A stretch of 64,000 nt of DNA from positions 34,272,001 to 34,336,000 of the forward strand of contig CP068257.2 in assembly GCA_009914755.4 (NCBI GenBank), given 5' to 3'. The stretch comes from the human T2T-CHM13v2.0 reference genome, Homo sapiens. Below the pieces are notes generated by a model, which was not told the origin of the DNA, did no database searches, and saw nothing but the letters and a program-made list of their open reading frames with translations. The position numbers and the translations under genes were made by a program. This document shows positions 57,313 through 64,000 of this stretch, piece after piece (the first letter of the stretch is position 1; the number at the start of each line of letters is the position of its first letter).

Positions 57313-58019
57313 GATGACCATCTGCAAGTCAAGTACAGAGGCCCAGAACAGATTCTCCTCACAGCCCTCAGAAGGAAACAACCCTGCAAAGAACTCATAT
57401 AAGCTGGACAGTGAGCAGATGCTAGACAATGAGCAGAGACAGGGAGCTCAGTGCCCCCAGGCAAGACCAGCAGAACCCCACTCTTGGCATAAGAGGGTCC
57501 ACATGCTCTGAGTGGAGGCCTGAGGTCGTTCATCAACAGAGCAGCCACTTCAGGCCGAGGGTGAGTGGTGACTAAACTCCCTGCTTCCCACAGAGGAAGG
57601 GCCAAGCCACACAGCTCAGCAAACATCCATTTCCCTTCTCCTTCCTCCCATCTGACTTGCTGCTGACTGAGGAGACCCTGAGAGAGTCCCCACTCTGCCA
57701 CTGGGGTCACCTGCCCACTGAAGCCAAGAAAAGTCCCATCCAGCTCAGCTCCCCTGGCCAGCCCTGAACAGGCAAGGAAGCCCCTTGCTCTAGCAATTCT
57801 ATTTCTAACCCCCGCCCCCTCGAGGTTGACAGTCATCACCACTGAGGCCTATTTTATTAAAACCTGGGACAGGGGTATGTTCCCCTTCCACAGGTTCCCT
57901 TCCACCTAGATTAACCCTTTGCCTAATTGGCAGAGGTGTAGCAAATGAAGGCAGTTGAACCTGAGGGTGCTACCCTGAAAAAGCAGAAGTCCTTCCCTGT
58001 ATATTCTTTTATTATTATT

Positions 58020-58148
58020 ATTATCTTTAAAGACAGGGTCTCACTATGTTGCCCAGGCTGGTCTTGAATTCCCAGCCACAAGAGAACCTCCTGTCTCAGC
58101 CTCCCAAGTAGCTGTGATACAGGTGTGAGCCCACCACGCCCAGCCTTC
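58020..58148 (-). mobile_element. Alu fragment (monomer-sized, reverse orientation), preceded by (TTA)5
   Basis: ttattattattattatctttaaagacagggtctcactatgttgcccaggctggtcttgaattcccagcc.caagagaacctcctgtctcagcctcccaagtagctgtgatacaggtgtgagcccaccacgcccagcc. Confidence 0.6.
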
Positions 58149-60430
58149 CCTGTATACTCTTATCGTTGTCCTTGACCTCAAGCCTTCCCTTGAAAGTAAC
58201 TATAGGCCTATGTACCCCAAACCTCTGTGCAACCTCTGGTCACTTACCTATGAACACTCCACTCTGCCCCCTTAAATTTCACTCCCCTATATGCTCAGTG
58301 ATCGCCATTCTGGGGCTGGTGCCGTGGAAAGAAGGGATATATACGAGGATCAAGGATGATTTGCACTCTGTAAAATATTGCATTTATATTCCACACCAGC
58401 TTGAATTAAACCCTCCAGATTTGTAGGAATTACCTTTCTTACTGAGGTTTGATTACTTCTATGATTTTGATCTACCAGGAGAAAAAAGAAAATGTACAAG
58501 ATATAAATTTAAAAAACAGAAAAGGTAGCTCCAGATATCTTAAAATATTTTTCTTAATACAGAACATATAGATCCTAATTGCCTTCAAACAGCTATCGCC
58601 CTGTGGATGAAATAGAGATATCTTTATTTTTAATAAACAACAAGAAAAGAATCCTTTATGCGGTGTTCGCGTGGAAGCACCAAACATCTTGCCATGCCAA
58701 GGATCAAATAACTTTATTAATTGACCAATTAAAGCCTTAACCATTCCTACTATAGTCCAAGAATATTCAATAACATGGGGAAAATATTTGTACAACAATG
58801 TTAAGGGGTAAACAGTAGAATTCAGAATTATCTATTACATAATATATGTATAATCACACACAATTATTCTGTACAGGCACAAAAAATGAAATACTTTAAA
58901 TAATGGTCATTATAGCTGAATGATGAGTTCCAGGCAATTCCAGCATGTTTCTGTATTTTCCCAATTTATTAAAATAAGCTTATATTACTTTTTTAATCAG
59001 AGAAAAAAGTTACATTGTATCTTAACCATTTAACAATTATATATCTACTTTATAAGTATATGAATATCCAACTAATTTTACATACCAGGCTGCTAGCCCA
59101 TTAGGAAAATTTTATAACCAACCCCAAAAGTTATTACAAACTGTGCACTGGAACCCATAGAAGCTCAAGATATACAACTGCAAACAAAAATTAAAGAAAA
59201 TATATGAGGTGTTATCACTTCAGCAAGGATAGTTTTTGGTAATTGATTCTGTTTTAGTGTGCCACTAGAAATATATCCTCTTCATTTATGTCCTCTCTTG
59301 CTTTCTCTGAGTGTATAAAATGACAGCTTATGCGGAAATCAAGTCGAGGTCAAATTACCAATATTCTGTAAGTGGCTGGAGGTCAGAATTACCTCCTAAA
59401 GAGCCCTGAGCCCCAGAGTGAGTTTCTATTTATTCAGCATTCTACTTCCCAATCTCAGCTAACAAGGAAAAAAAAAAAAAAAAAGGAGAAAGGGGCAAAA
59501 TGGGTTCCAAACTCAGGGTTCAGCCTGTGTTTTCAAATGACCAAGAAAAACAAAGGCATATGCAGGCACAACCAGACAGAGTACAGGGTAGAAGTCCCTT
59601 GTATTTGTAAAGGCAAATGTTTGATTAGTTCTATTCAGCTTGAATAATTCTAGTTGTGTGATATAAGAAAAAGAGAAAAAACTGTACCCTGGCAAACAGC
59701 TAAGAAATCCTTAATGGGCTTTGAGGGTTCCCTATATTCATTATATTTTTAATGTAACGGGCAGCCACCATGTGCCATGCATACTGCTAGAAACATAAGA
59801 TGCCATGAGAATGTGGCCCTAGATCCTTGGAAGAGTGGGGCTACTTCTTTCCCAATTGTTGAATCTTTTTATGTCTATTTTTGGTTTTAATACATGTTAT
59901 GGAAGCATAATCGTCCTTCCAAAAATACTTGGTAACCAACATTGGTTTAATGGTGTATAAAATTTATTTTGGCTTTAACAAGGCATCTGGATCACAGATT
60001 CCTATAAAGGTTGCAAAGTCAGGCCCCAAGTGATACAGTCCATGGGACACTGCCTTTCCCATCCCTATCCATTCCTCCTGCTCCTACTCCCAGCTGCCTT
60101 GTGAGAAAAGGTCAGTTGTACTGGTTTGCCCAGGATAATGAAATGTCACTGAATGAGCTGCTATAACACTAACTATTTTTACTGCTTTTGCATGTTCCTT
60201 TCTACTTTTATCTCATCTTTGAAAGATGTTTTACGACATCTTTGCAAGATGAATGGAAAAGGCAATGGGGCATGCACTGAAATGTGGACTATGCTAAAGC
60301 TTTGCAACTCAAGACCAAATTCCACATTGATACTTCCTAGTCACTTCCATAGTCTGCTTGCTGCTTTCCCTGCCTCCTCCACCCTATCCCACCCCAACCA
60401 ATTCAGATGGACTTCAAAAATTCAAGTCCA

Positions 60431-60775
60431 GTAGGGCACAGTAGCTTATACCAGTAATCCCAATGCTTTCAGAGGCCAAGTCAGGAGATCACTTGAGGCC
60501 AGGAGTTCAAGACCAGCCCAGGCAACACAGTAAGACCCTGTCTCTACAAAAAATATAAATAAATAAAAATTTTAAATTAGCTGAGCATGGTTGTGGGTGC
60601 CTGTAGTCCCAGCTACTTGGGAGGCTGAGGCAAGAGTATTACTTGAGCCCAGGAGTTTGAGGTTATAATGAGCTATGATTGCACCACTTCACTCCAGCCT
60701 GGGTGACAGAGTAAGACCCTATCTCTAAAATGAATGAATAAATGAATGAATGAATGAATAAATAAATAAATGGAT
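60431..60775 (+). mobile_element. Alu SINE (old, AluJ-like) whose tail carries an (AATG)n/(AAAT)n microsatellite (60729-60775)
   Basis: gtagggcacagtagcttataccagtaatcccaatgctttcagaggccaagtcaggagatcacttgaggccaggagttcaagaccagcccaggcaacacagtaagaccctgtctctacaaaaaatataaataaataaaa...gcaccacttcactccagcctgggtgacagagtaagaccctatctctaaaatgaatgaataaatgaatgaatgaatgaataaataaataaatgg. Confidence 0.85.
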
Positions 60776-61689
60776 TAATTAAAAAAACAATCAAATCTGA
60801 TAATGATATTACCTGGCCTAATCCTTTCCAATGGTTCCATGTCACTTACCAAGGACAGTCAGAACTGCTCATGCATATTCCAGGCCTTTCTGGTCATCCC
60901 TGCTGGCTCCGTCCCCACTCCTGCAGCCAATGTGACAGCCCCACACCTGTGCACATGCATTCCCCAAACCCGCACCATCCTCATCCCATCTCATCACCAG
61001 AAGAGCAACTCCTATCTGCACAAGCATCCCATCTTCCATGAAACATGTTTCTTAGAAAAATGTTTAATTAGGAAAGAAATTTAAATCAGTACCTTCTTTG
61101 AAGAAGACCGGAGGGATGGGTTTGGCCCTGGAGAGAAAGTTATACCCAATCTTAGAGAATCTTACCCTGCTTTTTCTTTTATTCAGTACCCAGTAACTAC
61201 TGATGAGGTGGACTCTGTACCACACATTGATTTCACTACTAAAGCCCCAGGAGAATAGACAAGTCCTGGAACCATCGGGGCTGGCAAGACTTTATGGGAA
61301 AATGTGCATAGAAGTAAAACATGCAAACAAGGTATTTTGAGTCCTTGTGAAATATACTTCTGCAGAAGTATATCTTCCACTTTCATCACTGTCCCCAAGA
61401 ACGTTTGGGGAATAAGGTGGCCACTTGGATAGCTAAGCTGCAAAACCATCAGATGATACATGTAAATGGCAGGTTTAAGAGAAAGAATAGCTCCCAGTCC
61501 AGCAATCCACCCATGGGGTTGGATTACCATGTCGAAAGACAAAATGTGCTCCTTGTAAACTAGAGTGGCCAGCCATGGAATCTGCCCAGCCTGTGGGCAA
61601 ATGTTGGCAGGCCCCATCTAAGCACTGTGCAGGGAAGGGGCTGGCCCAAGGACTCCAGCTGCCTGGCCCAGGGGCAGCTCTATCTAAAT

Positions 61690-62230
61690 GAAAGAGTGTA
61701 TTAATTTCCTAGAGCTGCCATAACAAATTAGCACAAACTGAGTGGTTAAAAACAACAGAATTGTATGGTTTCACAGTTTTGGAAGCCAGAAATCTGATAT
61801 CAAGGTGTCATCAGGGTTGGCTACTTCTACAGGCTCTGAGGGACAGTGCATTCCATGCCTCTTTCTAGCTTCTGGGGGCTGTCAGGAATCCTTGACACTC
61901 CTTGGCTTGTAGCTTCAGAACTCCAATCTCTGCATCTGTCTTCACATGGCCTTCTTTTCTTCTCTTGTAAGGATATAGAATTTGTAAATTGACACTGGAT
62001 TTAGGGCACACCTAATCAAGGATGATTTCATCTTGAAATCCTTAACATAATTACATCTGCAAAGACTCTTTTTCCAAATAGGGTCACATTTATAGGGCTC
62101 AGGTGGACACACCTTTTGAGTGGCTCACCATTCAATCCACTGCAGAAAGCATACATTATTCTGACTGAACCTTTGCCACTGATACCCCCAGTTCTGAATC
62201 CAAGCTGATCACACTTCTTTCTGATTGTGA
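61690..62230 (+). repeat. Ancient interspersed repeat (LTR- or DNA-element-like), family not named
   Basis: ..gtgtattaatttcctagagctgccataacaaattagcacaaactgagtggttaaaaacaacagaattgtatggtttcacagttttggaagccagaaatctgatatcaaggtgtcatcagggttggctacttctacaggctctgagggacagtgcattcc...cttggcttgtagcttcagaactccaatctctgcatctgtcttcacatggccttctt...aggatgatttcatcttgaaatccttaacataattacatctgcaaagactctttttccaaatagggtcacatttatagggctcagg closely resembles a very common mammalian repeat consensus recalled from memory. Confidence 0.45.
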
Positions 62231-63110
62231 TTTCATTCCCCAGGTAGTCAGACCTGCCTGGCATTTTTGAGAATCCAGGCTCTGTGCAGTTACATTTCTT
62301 GTAAAAAATCAATGGATTGGAGATCCGGTTTTACACTTGAGTCTCATGAGAGAGGTGTGTGTCTGTGCTAGAGAGAGAAACAAAACCATCTCTTAATGTG
62401 TTCAGCCAATCTTCTCTGAGCCTGCCAGCCTAGGGCCAAACCCAAGCCTGGCAAATTCTCCAAGGTAAGCCATCCTGGGAGGGCCCTGGAGACACTGCCT
62501 ATCTGCAAAAGACCCTCTGCTATGCGTGGCCAAGTGAGGACCGAGAATCAGTGCGAACTAGAGCTTCTCAATGAGCCAGTAGTCACCCCCGATCCTTCCA
62601 CCCTATGTCTGTGCTGACCAATGGGGTGCACAGTAGTGTGCACTAATGATGTGACCCCTTGGATTATCCTTTTGGAAGATGAAGAGTGGAGCCAGTCAAG
62701 AGGCAGAAGAAGAGATAAAGAAGAACCTTAAAGACCATCCTGACTCCCCATGAACTGTCTCAGATTGAGCGATGCCCACTGTTCAAACACAAGTGTGACC
62801 AACCCATGGCCAGGTAGCTGCTGCCTGAGAAGTAAGGGCCCTCTGCCCTGGAATTTCACCTGCAGCCTCTCCTCCCCAAATACACTCTGCCATGTGTCGT
62901 TGAACCTGAAATCATAGTTTCTAAGCCTCTCTCAGCTACTGTCAAAAAAGCCAATAGGAATAGATCTACATTAAGACTTTTTAACCCATTTTGTGTTGCT
63001 AGTTTTGTAATTGCTGTTGGTGTTTTTACATGATTTCCAAAAGATCTGGCTTCCTGGAGAAGCTGGCAGTTTTCCAGTGATCAAAACTATTCTGTGATAA
63101 GAAAAGGATT

Positions 63111-63394
63111 GGCCGGGCGCAGTGGTTCACACTTGTAATCCCAGCACTTTGGGAGGCCAAGATGGATGGATCACTTGAGGTCAAGAGCTCGAGACTAGCC
63201 TGGCCAACACTATGAAACCCCGTCTCTGCTAAAAACACAAAAACTGCCAGGTGAGGTGGCAGGTGCCTGTAATCCCAGCTACTCGGGAAGCTGAGGCCTT
63301 GAAACCAGGAGGTAGAAGTTGCAGTGAGCCGAGATTATGCCACTGCACTCCAGCCTGGGCAAAAGAACGAGACCCTGTCTCAAAAAAAAAAAAA
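63111..63394 (+). mobile_element. Alu SINE with a poly-A tail
   Basis: ggccgggcgcagtggttcacacttgtaatcccagcactttgggaggccaagatggatggatcacttgaggtcaagagctcgagactagcctggccaacactatgaaaccccgtctctgctaaaaacacaaaaactgccagg...gcactccagcctgggcaaaagaacgagaccctgtctcaaaaaaaaaaaaa. Confidence 0.9.
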
Positions 63395-64000
63395 ATGATT
63401 AGGAATTAAGATTAAAGGTCACAATGACACTATGTGTGTGTCCTCAGGGAAGACATTTCAGCAGAGAGATAAAAGCTTCCGGGTGCTTTCATCTGTGAGT
63501 TTCCAACAAACCTGTGAGCCTCCAGCAGTTGTAGAAATTCTCAGACGAGATATGAACTCATTTCCAGACCCACGGACATTGAAATAGGGAAGAAGGACCT
63601 GATGTGAAAGGACAGAGGTAAGGGCCAGTTTGTAGCACTAGAGCCAATAACTGGGAACCTCATAACTCCAACTGAGTCATCCTGGCTCATGCTTCTGAAG
63701 TTAATTTAACTTAAAGAAATATGTTTTTCTTTATGGATGAAGTGCATGGGTCTGTGCTGGGTGTCCTGCCCAGCTTCCCTTCATTTTCTGTGCCAAAATC
63801 AGCCAAAATGCTGTGTCTGTCCATCACTTTTGGCCAATCAAGCAGAAATGCAGGGGCTAGAAGCTCTAGCACATTCCTGTCCCATTTCCTCTCTGTCCCC
63901 CATGATAACAACATCAGCAGGAGATTGTCCAAAACTGGCAGTGGTTTCTGGAGGGAAGGAAATGGCTTCCTAGTGGGAAGGATCAGGGCAAAGGCTATGC

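Noticed and set aside
61183-61617. 144-aa minus-strand ORF in apparently unique sequence
   Set aside because: It has no recognisable domain or motif, no splice or start context and no codon-bias signal. A handful of ORFs this long are expected by chance in six frames of 64 kb, so it is not supported as coding.

Overview
This window reads as human or hominoid nuclear DNA from a gene-poor, AT-rich intronic or intergenic region. It is not prokaryotic, so I make no CRISPR, operon or protein-coding gene calls. Every six-frame ORF above about 100 aa lies in a transposon remnant, a tandem repeat or the mitochondrial-derived segment, or is within chance expectation. I see no CpG island or convincing exon.

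What I can recognise directly from the sequence:

- **Old NUMT (about 1085-3330, minus orientation).** A nuclear copy of mitochondrial DNA covering COI (5' part), the Tyr/Cys/OriL/Asn/Ala/Trp tRNA cluster, ND2 and a tRNA-Met remnant. It is decayed by a frameshift and by stop codons.
- **Nested retrotransposons.** A 3'-truncated L1PA element (8499-11012) is interrupted by a 5'-truncated SVA (8753-9678) and by an AluY with a perfect 17-bp target-site duplication (10242-10540).
- **Other L1 3' ends**, at 6388-6612, 13035-14950 and 31850-32490.
- **About 18 Alu elements**, 13 of them on the plus strand, including a same-orientation cluster at 37.9-47.2 kb.
- **MIR fragments**, one of them split by an Alu insertion.
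- **Several THE1/MST-like MaLR solo LTRs.**
- **Microsatellites**: (GT)n, (GA)n and compound TA/CA runs.
- **A perfect 43-bp AT-rich palindrome fused to a 25-bp AT-rich tandem array** (37026-37346).
- **A roughly 50-bp CA-rich minisatellite of about 11 units** (53322-53895).
- **A duplicated unique flank plus Alu head** (40315-40880).

I find no novel biological system. The items most worth follow-up are the NUMT, the palindrome and minisatellite, the nested SVA/L1/Alu locus and one weak candidate exon. Coordinates are read by eye and are approximate to within about 10 bp. Family names for the older repeats are tentative.
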